Source of the DNA: Auanema rhodensis
Taxonomy: Eukaryota; Animalia; Nematoda
NCBI GenBank assembly: GCA_964057225.1
Contig: OZ059900.1
Span: forward strand, 14,942,001 to 15,006,000
Reading direction: 5' to 3'
DNA length: 64,000 bases
In this document: positions 26,253 through 40,703 of the stretch, in pieces
Layout of the letters: every line of letters starts with the position of its first letter
Numbering within the stretch: position 1 is the first letter of the stretch
Translations under genes and position numbers: made by a program
The notes under the pieces: generated by a model
What the model saw: only the letters and a program-made list of their open reading frames with translations
Database searches by the model: none
What the model was told of the DNA's origin: nothing

Positions 26253-29200
26253 TTGAATTTGCACTTAGAAACTTTCATTAAGAGTGTGAGTTTGAATTAT
26301 AGTAGAAAAATGAAACACTGTCTCTAACATATCTTGATTTATGGCCTACTTTACTCAAAGAGCTAATGGAAGTTTGGTGTTAGAATGAACAATTGATTAA
26401 CGCTGACGTTTCAATTTTTTTCATCGTAATTGAGATAGAACATTTAAATTAAATGGAAATGTTTAAAAATTTAGAAAAAATCACAAGCTCAAATCACTTT
26501 TGAAAAAACAGAAAGTTTAAAACAACTTTTTTTCTAATAATTATCTTTTTTATCCGACTTTTGTAAAAAAACAAAAATAGCATAACATTCAATAACGATG
26601 AATCAGAACAAAAACATTCTCCCCGGCCGGGAATTGAACCCGGGTCTCGCATGTGACAGACGCGGATACTCACCACTATACTACCGAGGATTGAATTTGC
26701 ACTTAGAAACTTTCATTAAGAGTGTGAGTTTGAATTATAGTAGAAAAATGAAACACTGTCTCTAACATATCTTGATTTATGGCCTACTTTACTCAAAGAG
26801 CTAATTGAAGTTTGGTGTTAGAATGAACAATTGATTAACGCTGACGTTCCATTTTTTTTCATCGTAATTGAGATAGAACATTTAAATTAAATGGAAATGT
26901 TTAAAAATTTAGAAAAAATCACAAGCTCAAATCACTTTTGAAAAAACAGAAAGTTTAAAACAACCTTTTTTCTAATAATTATCTTTTTAATTCGACTTTT
27001 GGAAGAAAACAAAAATAGCATAACATTCAATAACGATGAATCAGAACAAAAACATTCTCCCCGGCCGGGAATTGAACCCGGGTCTCGCATGTGACAGACG
27101 CGGATACTCACCACTATACTACCGAGGATTGAATTTGCACTTAGAAACTTTCATTAAGAGTGTGAGTTTGAATTATAGTAGAAAAATGAAACACTGTCTC
27201 TAACATATCTTGATTTATGGCCTACTTTACTCAAAGAGCTAATGGAAGTTTGGTGTTAGAATGAACAATTGATTAACGCTGACGTTTCAATTTTTTTCAT
27301 CGTAATTGAGATAGAACATTTAAATTAAATGGAAAAGTTTAAAAATTTAGAAAAAATCACAAGCTCAAATCACTTTTGGAAAAACAGAAAGTTTAAAACA
27401 ACCTTTTTTCTAATAATTATCTTTTTTATCCGACTTTTGTAAAAAAACAAAAATAGCATAACATTCAATAACGATGAATCAGAACGAAAACATTCTCCCC
27501 GGCCGGGAATTGAACCCGGGTCTCGCATGTGACAGACGCGGATACTCACCACTATACTACCGAGGATTGAATTTGCACTTAGAAACTTTCATTAAGAGTG
27601 TGAGTTTGAATTATAGTAGAAAAATGAAACACTGTCTCTAACATATCTTGATTTATGGCCTACTTTACTCAAAGAGCTAATTGAAGTTTGGTGTTAGAAT
27701 GAACAATTGATTAACGCTGACGTTTCAATTTTTTTCATCGTAATTGAGATAGAACATTTAAATTAAATGGAAATGTTTAAAAATTTAGAAAAAATCACAA
27801 GCTCAAATCACTTTTGAAAAAACAGAAAGTTTAAAACAACCTCTTTTCTAATAATTATCTTTTTTATCCGACTTTTGTAAAAAAACAAAAATAGCATAAC
27901 ATTCAATAACGATGAATCAGAACAAAAACATTCTCCCCGGCCGGGAATTGAACCCGGGTCTCGCATGTGACAGACGCGGATACTCACCACTATACTACCG
28001 AGGATTGAATTTGCATTTAGAAACTTTCATTCAGAGTGTGAGTTCGAATTATAGTAGAAAAATGAAACACTGTCTCTAACATATCTTGATTTATGGCCTA
28101 CTTTACTCAAAGAGCTAATTGAAGTTTGGTGTTAAAATGAACAATTGATTAACGCTGACGTTCCATTTTTTTTCATCGTAATTGAGATAGAACATTTAAA
28201 TTAAATGGAAATGTTTAAAAATTTAGAAAAAATCACAAGCTCAAATCACTTTTGAAAAAACAGAAAGTTTAAAACAACCTTTTTTCTAATAATTATCTTT
28301 TTAATTCGACTTTTGGAAGAAAACAAAAATAGCATAACATTCAATAACGATGAATCAGAACAAAAACATTCTCCCCGGCCGGGAATTGAACCCGGGTCTC
28401 GCATGTGACAGACGCGGATACTCACCACTATACTACCGAGGATTGAATTTGCACTTAGAAACTTTCATTAAGAGTGTGAGTTTGAATTATAGTAGAAAAA
28501 TGAAACACTGTCTCTAACATATCTTGATTTATGGCCTACTTTACTCAAAGAGCTAATGGAAGTTTGGTGTTAGAATGAACAATTGATTAACGCTGACGTT
28601 TCAATTTTTTTCATCGTAATTGAGATAGAACATTTAAATTAAATGGAAAAGTTTAAAAATTTAGAAAAAATCACAAGCTCAAATCACTTTTGGAAAAACA
28701 GAAAGTTTAAAACAACCTTTTTTCTAATAATTATCTTTTTTATCCGACTTTTGTAAAAAAACAAAAATAGCATAACATTCAATAACGATGAATCAGAACG
28801 AAAACATTCTCCCCGGCCGGGAATTGAACCCGGGTCTCGCATGTGACAGACGCGGATACTCACCACTATACTACCGAGGATTGAATTTGCACTTAGAAAC
28901 TTTCATTAAGAGTGTGAGTTTGAATTATAGTAGAAAAATGAAACACTGTCTCTAACATATCTTGATTTATGGCCTACTTTACTCAAAGAGCTAATTGAAG
29001 TTTGGTGTTAGAATGAACAATTGATTAACGCTGACGTTTCAATTTTTTTCATCGTAATTGAGATAGAACATTTAAATTAAATGGAAATGTTTAAAAATTT
29101 AGAAAAAATCACAAGCTCAAATCACTTTTGAAAAAACAGAAAGTTTAAAACAACCTCTTTTCTAATAATTATCTTTTTTATCCGACTTTTGTAAAAAAAC

Positions 29201-31874
29201 AAAAATAGCATAACATTCAATAACGATGAATCAGAACAAAAACATTCTCCCCGGCCGGGAATTGAACCCGGGTCTCGCATGTGACAGACGCGGATACTCA
29301 CCACTATACTACCGAGGATTGAATTTGCATTTAGAAACTTTCATTCAGAGTGTGAGTTCGAATTATAGTAGAAAAATGAAACACTGTCTCTAACATATCT
29401 TGATTTATGGCCTACTTTACTCAAAGAGCTAATTGAAGTTTGGTGTTAAAATGAACAATTGATTAACGCTGACGTTCCATTTTTTTTCATCGTAATTGAG
29501 ATAGAACATTTAAATTAAATGGAAATGTTTAAAAATTTAGAAAAAATCACAAGCTCAAATCACTTTTGAAAAAACAGAAAGTTTAAAACAACCTTTTTTC
29601 TAATAATTATCTTTTTAATTCGACTTTTGGAAGAAAACAAAAATAGCATAACATTCAATAACGATGAATCAGAACAAAAACATTCTCCCCGGCCGGGAAT
29701 TGAACCCGGGTCTCGCATGTGACAGACGCGGATACTCACCACTATACTACCGAGGATTGAATTTGCACTTAGAAACTTTCATTAAGAGTGTGAGTTTGAA
29801 TTATAGTAGAAAAATGAAACACTGTCTCTAACATATCTTGATTTATGGCCTACTTTACTCAAAGAGCTAATGGAAGTTTGGTGTTAGAATGAACAATTGA
29901 TTAACGCTGACGTTTCAATTTTTTTCATCGTAATTGAGATAGAACATTTAAATTAAATGGAAAAGTTTAAAAATTTAGAAAAAATCACAAGCTCAAATCA
30001 CTTTTGGAAAAACAGAAAGTTTAAAACAACCTTTTTTCTAATAATTATCTTTTTTATCCGACTTTTGTAAAAAAACAAAAATAGCATAACATTCAATAAC
30101 GATGAATCAGAACGAAAACATTCTCCCCGGCCGGGAATTGAACCCGGGTCTCGCATGTGACAGACGCGGATACTCACCACTATACTACCGAGGATTGAAT
30201 TTGCACTTAGAAACTTTCATTAAGAGTGTGAGTTTGAATTATAGTAGAAAAATGAAACACTGTCTCTAACATATCTTGATTTATGGCCTACTTTACTCAA
30301 AGAGCTAATTGAAGTTTGGTGTTAGAATGAACAATTGATTAACGCTGACGTTTCAATTTTTTTCATCGTAATTGAGATAGAACATTTAAATTAAATGGAA
30401 ATGTTTAAAAATTTAGAAAAAATCACAAGCTCAAATCACTTTTGAAAAAACAGAAAGTTTAAAACAACCTCTTTTCTAATAATTATCTTTTTTATCCGAC
30501 TTTTGTAAAAAAACAAAAATAGCATAACATTCAATAACGATGAATCAGAACAAAAACATTCTCCCCGGCCGGGAATTGAACCCGGGTCTCGCATGTGACA
30601 GACGCGGATACTCACCACTATACTACCGAGGATTGAATTTGCATTTAGAAACTTTCATTCAGAGTGTGAGTTCGAATTATAGTAGAAAAATGAAACACTG
30701 TCTCTAACATATCTTGATTTATGGCCTACTTTACTCAAAGAGCTAATTGAAGTTTGGTGTTAAAATGAACAATTGATTAACGCTGACGTTTCAATTTTTT
30801 TCATCGTAATTGAGATAGAACATTTAAATTAAATGGAAATGTTTAAAAATTTAGAAAAAATCACAAGCTCAAATCACTTTTGAAAAAACAGAAAGTTTAA
30901 AACAACCTTCTTTCTAATAATTATCTTTTTAATTCGACTTTTGGAAGAAAACAAAAATAGCATAACATTCAATAACGATGAATCAGAACAAAAACATTCT
31001 CCCCGGCCGGGAATTGAACCCGGGTCTCGCATGTGACAGACGCGGATACTCACCACTATACTACCGAGGATTGAATTTGCACTTAGAAACTTTCATTCAG
31101 AGTGTGAGTTCGAATTATAGTAGAAAAATGAAACACTGTCTCTAACATATCTTGATTTATGGCCTACTTTACTCAAAGAGCTAATTGAAGTTTGGTGTTA
31201 AAATGAACAATTGATTAACGCTGACGTTTCAATTTTTTTCATCGTAATTGAGATAGAACATTTAAATTAAATGGAAATGTTTAAAAATTTAGAAAAAATC
31301 ACAAGCTCAAATCACTTTTGAAAAAACAGAAAGTTTAAAACAACCTTTTTTCTAATAATTATCTTTTTAATTCGACTTTTGGAAGAAAACAAAAATAGCA
31401 TAACATTCAATAACGATGAATCAGAACAAAAACATTCTCCCCGGCCGGGAATTGAACCCGGGTCTCGCATGTGACAGACGCGGATACTCACCACTATACT
31501 ACCGAGGATTGAATTTGCACTTAGAAACTTTCATTAAGAGTGTGAGTTTGAATTATAGTAGAAAAATGAAACACTGTCTCTAACATATCTTGATTTATGG
31601 CCTACTTTACTCAAAGAGCTAATTGAAGTTTGGTGTTAAAATGAACAATTGATTAACGCTGACGTTTCAATTTTTTTCATCGTAATTGAGATAGAACATT
31701 TAAATTAAATGGAAATGTTTAAAAATTTAGAAAAAATCACAAGCTCAAATCACTTTTGAAAAAACAGAAAGTTTAAAACAACCTTTTTTCTAATAATTAT
31801 CTTTTTAATTCGACTTTTGGAAGAAAACAAAAATAGCATAACATTCAATAACGATGAATCAGAACAAAAACATT

Positions 31875-31945
31875 CTCCCCGGCCGGGATTGAACCCGGGT
31901 CTCGCATGTGACAGACGCGGATACTCACCACTATACTACCGAGGA
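31875..31945 (-). pseudogene. tRNA-Asp(GTC) with 1-nt T-loop deletion
   Basis: Same deletion as 26182-26252. Confidence 0.6.
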
Positions 31946-32311
31946 TTGAATTTGCACTTAGAAACTTTCATTAAGAGTGTGAGTTTGAATTATAGTAGAA
32001 AAATGAAACACTGTCTCTAACATATCTTGATTTATGGCCTACTTTACTCAAAGAGCTAATGGAAGTTTGGTGTTAGAATGAACAATTGATTAACGCTGAC
32101 GTTTCAATTTTTTTCATCGTAATTGAGATAGAACATTTAAATTAAATGGAAATGTTTAAAAATTTAGAAAAAATCACAAGCTCAAATCACTTTTGAAAAA
32201 ACAGAAAGTTTAAAACAACCTTTTTTCTAATAATTATCTTTTTAATTCGACTTTTGGAAGAAAACAAAAATAGCATAACATTCAATAACGATGAATCAGA
32301 ACAAAAACATT

Positions 32312-32382
32312 CTCCCCGGCCGGGATTGAACCCGGGTCTCGCATGTGACAGACGCGGATACTCACCACTATACTACCGAGGA
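32312..32382 (-). pseudogene. tRNA-Asp(GTC) with 1-nt T-loop deletion
   Basis: Same deletion as 26182-26252. Confidence 0.6.
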
Positions 32383-35376
32383 TTGAATTTGCACTTAGAA
32401 ACTTTCATTAAGAGTGTGAGTTTGAATTATAGTAGAAAAATGAAACACTGTCTCTAACATATCTTGATTTATGGCCTACTTTACTCAAAGAGCTAATGGA
32501 AGTTTGGTGTTAGAATGAACAATTGATTAACGCTGACGTTTCAATTTTTTTCATCGTAATTGAGATAGAACATTTAAATTAAATGGAAATGTTTAAAAAT
32601 TTAGAAAAAATCACAAGCTCAAATCACTTTTGAAAAAACAGAAAGTTTAAAACAACTTTTTTTCTAATAATTATCTTTTTTATCCGACTTTTGTAAAAAA
32701 ACAAAAATAGCATAACATTCAATAACGATGAATCAGAACAAAAACATTCTCCCCGGCCGGGAATTGAACCCGGGTCTCGCATGTGACAGACGCGGATACT
32801 CACCACTATACTACCGAGGATTGAATTTGCACTTAGAAACTTTCATTAAGAGTGTGAGTTTGAATTATAGTAGAAAAATGAAACACTGTCTCTAACATAT
32901 CTTGATTTATGGCCTACTTTACTCAAAGAGCTAATTGAAGTTTGGTGTTAGAATGAACAATTGATTAACGCTGACGTTCCATTTTTTTTCATCGTAATTG
33001 AGATAGAACATTTAAATTAAATGGAAATGTTTAAAAATTTAGAAAAAATCACAAGCTCAAATCACTTTTGAAAAAACAGAAAGTTTAAAACAACCTTTTT
33101 TCTAATAATTATCTTTTTAATTCGACTTTTGGAAGAAAACAAAAATAGCATAACATTCAATAACGATGAATCAGAACAAAAACATTCTCCCCGGCCGGGA
33201 ATTGAACCCGGGTCTCGCATGTGACAGACGCGGATACTCACCACTATACTACCGAGGATTGAATTTGCACTTAGAAACTTTCATTAAGAGTGTGAGTTTG
33301 AATTATAGTAGAAAAATGAAACACTGTCTCTAACATATCTTGATTTATGGCCTACTTTACTCAAAGAGCTAATGGAAGTTTGGTGTTAGAATGAACAATT
33401 GATTAACGCTGACGTTTCAATTTTTTTCATCGTAATTGAGATAGAACATTTAAATTAAATGGAAAAGTTTAAAAATTTAGAAAAAATCACAAGCTCAAAT
33501 CACTTTTGGAAAAACAGAAAGTTTAAAACAACCTTTTTTCTAATAATTATCTTTTTTATCCGACTTTTGTAAAAAAACAAAAATAGCATAACATTCAATA
33601 ACGATGAATCAGAACGAAAACATTCTCCCCGGCCGGGAATTGAACCCGGGTCTCGCATGTGACAGACGCGGATACTCACCACTATACTACCGAGGATTGA
33701 ATTTGCACTTAGAAACTTTCATTAAGAGTGTGAGTTTGAATTATAGTAGAAAAATGAAACACTGTCTCTAACATATCTTGATTTATGGCCTACTTTACTC
33801 AAAGAGCTAATTGAAGTTTGGTGTTAGAATGAACAATTGATTAACGCTGACGTTTCAATTTTTTTCATCGTAATTGAGATAGAACATTTAAATTAAATGG
33901 AAATGTTTAAAAATTTAGAAAAAATCACAAGCTCAAATCACTTTTGAAAAAACAGAAAGTTTAAAACAACCTCTTTTCTAATAATTATCTTTTTTATCCG
34001 ACTTTTGTAAAAAAACAAAAATAGCATAACATTCAATAACGATGAATCAGAACAAAAACATTCTCCCCGGCCGGGAATTGAACCCGGGTCTCGCATGTGA
34101 CAGACGCGGATACTCACCACTATACTACCGAGGATTGAATTTGCATTTAGAAACTTTCATTCAGAGTGTGAGTTCGAATTATAGTAGAAAAATGAAACAC
34201 TGTCTCTAACATATCTTGATTTATGGCCTACTTTACTCAAAGAGCTAATTGAAGTTTGGTGTTAAAATGAACAATTGATTAACGCTGACGTTTCAATTTT
34301 TTTCATCGTAATTGAGATAGAACATTTAAATTAAATGGAAATGTTTAAAAATTTAGAAAAAATCACAAGCTCAAATCACTTTTGAAAAAACAGAAAGTTT
34401 AAAACAACCTTCTTTCTAATAATTATCTTTTTAATTCGACTTTTGGAAGAAAACAAAAATAGCATAACATTCAATAACGATGAATCAGAACAAAAACATT
34501 CTCCCCGGCCGGGAATTGAACCCGGGTCTCGCATGTGACAGACGCGGATACTCACCACTATACTACCGAGGATTGAATTTGCACTTAGAAACTTTCATTC
34601 AGAGTGTGAGTTCGAATTATAGTAGAAAAATGAAACACTGTCTCTAACATATCTTGATTTATGGCCTACTTTACTCAAAGAGCTAATTGAAGTTTGGTGT
34701 TAAAATGAACAATTGATTAACGCTGACGTTTCAATTTTTTTCATCGTAATTGAGATAGAACATTTAAATTAAATGGAAATGTTTAAAAATTTAGAAAAAA
34801 TCACAAGCTCAAATCACTTTTGAAAAAACAGAAAGTTTAAAACAACCTTTTTTCTAATAATTATCTTTTTAATTCGACTTTTGGAAGAAAACAAAAATAG
34901 CATAACATTCAATAACGATGAATCAGAACAAAAACATTCTCCCCGGCCGGGAATTGAACCCGGGTCTCGCATGTGACAGACGCGGATACTCACCACTATA
35001 CTACCGAGGATTGAATTTGCACTTAGAAACTTTCATTAAGAGTGTGAGTTTGAATTATAGTAGAAAAATGAAACACTGTCTCTAACATATCTTGATTTAT
35101 GGCCTACTTTACTCAAAGAGCTAATTGAAGTTTGGTGTTAAAATGAACAATTGATTAACGCTGACGTTTCAATTTTTTTCATCGTAATTGAGATAGAACA
35201 TTTAAATTAAATGGAAATGTTTAAAAATTTAGAAAAAATCACAAGCTCAAATCACTTTTGAAAAAACAGAAAGTTTAAAACAACCTTTTTTCTAATAATT
35301 ATCTTTTTAATTCGACTTTTGGAAGAAAACAAAAATAGCATAACATTCAATAACGATGAATCAGAACAAAAACATT

Positions 35377-35447
35377 CTCCCCGGCCGGGATTGAACCCGG
35401 GTCTCGCATGTGACAGACGCGGATACTCACCACTATACTACCGAGGA
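35377..35447 (-). pseudogene. tRNA-Asp(GTC) with 1-nt T-loop deletion
   Basis: Same deletion as 26182-26252. Confidence 0.6.
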
Positions 35448-38400
35448 TTGAATTTGCACTTAGAAACTTTCATTAAGAGTGTGAGTTTGAATTATAGTAG
35501 AAAAATGAAACACTGTCTCTAACATATCTTGATTTATGGCCTACTTTACTCAAAGAGCTAATGGAAGTTTGGTGTTAGAATGAACAATTGATTAACGCTG
35601 ACGTTTCAATTTTTTTCATCGTAATTGAGATAGAACATTTAAATTAAATGGAAATGTTTAAAAATTTAGAAAAAATCACAAGCTCAAATCACTTTTGAAA
35701 AAACAGAAAGTTTAAAACAACTTTTTTTCTAATAATTATCTTTTTTATCCGACTTTTGTAAAAAAACAAAAATAGCATAACATTCAATAACGATGAATCA
35801 GAACAAAAACATTCTCCCCGGCCGGGAATTGAACCCGGGTCTCGCATGTGACAGACGCGGATACTCACCACTATACTACCGAGGATTGAATTTGCACTTA
35901 GAAACTTTCATTAAGAGTGTGAGTTTGAATTATAGTAGAAAAATGAAACACTGTCTCTAACATATCTTGATTTATGGCCTACTTTACTCAAAGAGCTAAT
36001 TGAAGTTTGGTGTTAGAATGAACAATTGATTAACGCTGACGTTCCATTTTTTTTCATCGTAATTGAGATAGAACATTTAAATTAAATGGAAATGTTTAAA
36101 AATTTAGAAAAAATCACAAGCTCAAATCACTTTTGAAAAAACAGAAAGTTTAAAACAACCTCTTTTCTAATAATTATCTTTTTTATCCGACTTTTGTAAA
36201 AAAACAAAAATAGCATAACATTCAATAACGATGAATCAGAACAAAAACATTCTCCCCGGCCGGGAATTGAACCCGGGTCTCGCATGTGACAGACGCGGAT
36301 ACTCACCACTATACTACCGAGGATTGAATTTGCATTTAGAAACTTTCATTCAGAGTGTGAGTTCGAATTATAGTAGAAAAATGAAACACTGTCTCTAACA
36401 TATCTTGATTTATGGCCTACTTTACTCAAAGAGCTAATTGAAGTTTGGTGTTAAAATGAACAATTGATTAACGCTGACGTTCCATTTTTTTTCATCGTAA
36501 TTGAGATAGAACATTTAAATTAAATGGAAATGTTTAAAAATTTAGAAAAAATCACAAGCTCAAATCACTTTTGAAAAAACAGAAAGTTTAAAACAACCTT
36601 TTTTCTAATAATTATCTTTTTAATTCGACTTTTGGAAGAAAACAAAAATAGCATAACATTCAATAACGATGAATCAGAACAAAAACATTCTCCCCGGCCG
36701 GGAATTGAACCCGGGTCTCGCATGTGACAGACGCGGATACTCACCACTATACTACCGAGGATTGAATTTGCACTTAGAAACTTTCATTAAGAGTGTGAGT
36801 TTGAATTATAGTAGAAAAATGAAACACTGTCTCTAACATATCTTGATTTATGGCCTACTTTACTCAAAGAGCTAATGGAAGTTTGGTGTTAGAATGAACA
36901 ATTGATTAACGCTGACGTTTCAATTTTTTTCATCGTAATTGAGATAGAACATTTAAATTAAATGGAAAAGTTTAAAAATTTAGAAAAAATCACAAGCTCA
37001 AATCACTTTTGGAAAAACAGAAAGTTTAAAACAACCTTTTTTCTAATAATTATCTTTTTTATCCGACTTTTGTAAAAAAACAAAAATAGCATAACATTCA
37101 ATAACGATGAATCAGAACGAAAACATTCTCCCCGGCCGGGAATTGAACCCGGGTCTCGCATGTGACAGACGCGGATACTCACCACTATACTACCGAGGAT
37201 TGAATTTGCACTTAGAAACTTTCATTAAGAGTGTGAGTTTGAATTATAGTAGAAAAATGAAACACTGTCTCTAACATATCTTGATTTATGGCCTACTTTA
37301 CTCAAAGAGCTAATTGAAGTTTGGTGTTAGAATGAACAATTGATTAACGCTGACGTTTCAATTTTTTTCATCGTAATTGAGATAGAACATTTAAATTAAA
37401 TGGAAATGTTTAAAAATTTAGAAAAAATCACAAGCTCAAATCACTTTTGAAAAAACAGAAAGTTTAAAACAACCTCTTTTCTAATAATTATCTTTTTTAT
37501 CCGACTTTTGTAAAAAAACAAAAATAGCATAACATTCAATAACGATGAATCAGAACAAAAACATTCTCCCCGGCCGGGAATTGAACCCGGGTCTCGCATG
37601 TGACAGACGCGGATACTCACCACTATACTACCGAGGATTGAATTTGCATTTAGAAACTTTCATTCAGAGTGTGAGTTCGAATTATAGTAGAAAAATGAAA
37701 CACTGTCTCTAACATATCTTGATTTATGGCCTACTTTACTCAAAGAGCTAATTGAAGTTTGGTGTTAAAATGAACAATTGATTAACGCTGACGTTTCAAT
37801 TTTTTTCATCGTAATTGAGATAGAACATTTAAATTAAATGGAAATGTTTAAAAATTTAGAAAAAATCACAAGCTCAAATCACTTTTGAAAAAACAGAAAG
37901 TTTAAAACAACCTTCTTTCTAATAATTATCTTTTTAATTCGACTTTTGGAAGAAAACAAAAATAGCATAACATTCAATAACGATGAATCAGAACAAAAAC
38001 ATTCTCCCCGGCCGGGAATTGAACCCGGGTCTCGCATGTGACAGACGCGGATACTCACCACTATACTACCGAGGATTGAAGTTGCACTTAGAAACTTTCA
38101 TTAAGAGTGTGAGTTTGAATTATAGTAGAAAAATGAAACACTGTCTCTAACATATCTTGATTTATGGCCTACTTTACTCAAAGAGCTAATGGAAGTTTGG
38201 TGTTAGAATGAACAATTGATTAACGCTGACGTTTCAATTTTTTTCATCGTACTTGAGATAGAACATTTAAATTAAATGGAAATGTTTAAAAATTTAGAAA
38301 AAATCACAAGCTCAAATCACTTTTGAAAAAACAGAAAGTTTAAAACAACTTTTTTTCTAATAATTATCTTTTTTATCCGACTTTTGTAAAAAAACAAAAA

Positions 38401-38879
38401 TAGCATAACATTCAATAACGATGAATCAGAACAAAAACATTCTCCCCGGCCGGGAATTGAACCCGGGTCTCGCATGTGACAGACGCGGATACTCACCACT
38501 ATACTACCGAGGATTGAATTTGCACTTAGAAACTTTCATTAAGAGTGTGAGTTTGAATTATAGTAGAAAAATGAAACACTGTCTCTAACATATCTTGATT
38601 TATGGCCTACTTTACTCAAAGAGCTAATTGAAGTTTGGTGTTAGAATGAACAATTGATTAACGCTGACGTTTCAATTTTTTTCATCGTAATTGAGATAGA
38701 ACATTTAAATTAAATGGAAATGTTTAAAAATTTAGAAAAAATCACAAGCTCAAATCACTTTTGAAAAAACAGAAAGTTTAAAACAACCTTTTTTCTAATA
38801 ATTATCTTTTTTATCCGACTTTTGTAAAAAAACAAAAATAGCATAACATTCAATAACGATGAATCAGAACAATAACATT

Positions 38880-38951
38880 CTCCCCGGCCGGGAATTGAAC
38901 CCGGGTCTCGCATGTGACAGACGCGGATACTCACCACTATACTACCGAGGA
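38880..38951 (-). tRNA. tRNA-Asp(GTC), intact gene with broken proximal terminator
   Basis: T at 38873 turns minus-strand TTTTT into TTATT. Confidence 0.85.
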
Positions 38952-40193
38952 TTGAATTTGCACTTAGAAACTTTCATTAAGAGTGTGAGTTTGAATTATA
39001 GTAGAAAAATGAAACACTGTCTCTAACATATCTTGATTTATGGCCTACTTTACTCAAAGAGCTAATTGAAGTTTGGTGTTAAAATGAACAATTGATTAAC
39101 GCTGACGTTTCAATTTTTTTCATCGTAATTGAGATAGAACATTTAAATTAAATGGAAGTGTTTAAAAATTTAGAAAAAATCACAAGCTCAAATCACTTTT
39201 GAAAAAACAGAAAGTTTAAAACAACCTTTTTTCTAATAATTATCTTTTTAATTCGACTTTTGGAAGAAAACAAAAATAGCATAACATTCAATAACGATGA
39301 ATCAGAACAAAAACATTCTCCCCGGCCGGGAATTGAACCCGGGTCTCGCATGTGACAGACGCGGATACTCACCACTATACTACCGAGGATTGAATTTGCA
39401 CTTAGAAACTTTCATGAAGAGTGTGAGTTTGAATTATAGTAGAAAAATGAAACACTGTCTCTAACATATCTTGATTTATGGCCTACTTTACTCAAAGAGC
39501 TAATTGAAGTTTGGTGTTAGAATGAACAATTGATTAACGCTGACGTTCCATTTTTTTTCATCGTAATTGAGATAGAACATTTAAATTAAATGGAAATGTT
39601 TAAAAATTTAGAAAAAATCACAAGCTCAAATCACTTTTGAAAAAACAGAAAGTTTAAAACAACCTTTTTTCTAATAATTATCTTTTTTATCCGACTTTTG
39701 TAAAAAAACAAAAATAGCATAACATTCAATAACGATGAATCAGAACAAAAACATTCTCCCCGGCCGGGAATTGAACCCGGGTCTCGCATGTGACAGACGC
39801 GGATACTCACCACTATACTACCGAGGATTGAATTTGCACTTAGAAACTTTCATTCAGAGTGTGAGTTCGAATTATAGTAGAAAAATGAAACACTGTCTCT
39901 AACATATCTTGATTTATGGCCTACTTTACTCAAAGAGCTAATGGAAGTTTGGTGTTAGAATGAACAATTGATTAACGCTGACGTTTCAATTTTTTTTATC
40001 GTAATTGAGATAGAACATTTAAATTAAATGGAAAAGTTTAAAAATTTAGAAAAAATCACAAGCTCAAATCACTTTTGGAAAAACAGAAAGTTTAAAACAA
40101 CCTTTTTTCTAATAATTATCTTTTTTATCCGACTTTTGTAAAAAAACAAAAATAGCATAACATTCAATAACGATGAATCAGAACGAAAACATT

Positions 40194-40265
40194 CTCCCCG
40201 GCCGGGAATTGAACCCGGGTCTCGCATGTGACAGACGCGGATACTCTCCACTATACTACCGAGGA
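40194..40265 (-). tRNA. tRNA-Asp(GTC) D-loop variant (U20A)
   Basis: + strand 'atactctcca' (T at 40247). Confidence 0.8.
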
Positions 40266-40631
40266 TTGAATTTGCACTTAGAAACTTTCATTAAGAGTGT
40301 GAGTTTGAATTATAGTAGAAAAATGAAACACTGTCTCTAACATATCTTGATTTATGGCCTACTTTACTCAAAGAGCTAATTGAAGTTTGGTGTTAGAATG
40401 AACAATTGATTAACGCTGACGTTTCAATTTTTTTCATCGTAATTGAGATAGAACATTTAAATTAAATGGAAATGTTTAAAAATTTAGAAAAAATCACAAG
40501 CTCAAATCACTTTTGAAAAAACAGAAAGTTTAAAACAACCTTTTTTCTAATAATTATCTTTTTTATCCGACTTTTGTAAAAAAACAAAAATAGCATAACA
40601 TTCAATAACGATGAATCAGAACAAAAACATT

Positions 40632-40703
40632 ATCCCCGGCCGGGAATTGAACCCGGGTCTCGCATGTGACAGACGCGGATACTCACCACTATACTACCGA
40701 GGA
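40632..40703 (-). tRNA. tRNA-Asp(GTC) discriminator variant G73U
   Basis: + strand 'cattatcccc' (A at 40632). Confidence 0.75.
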
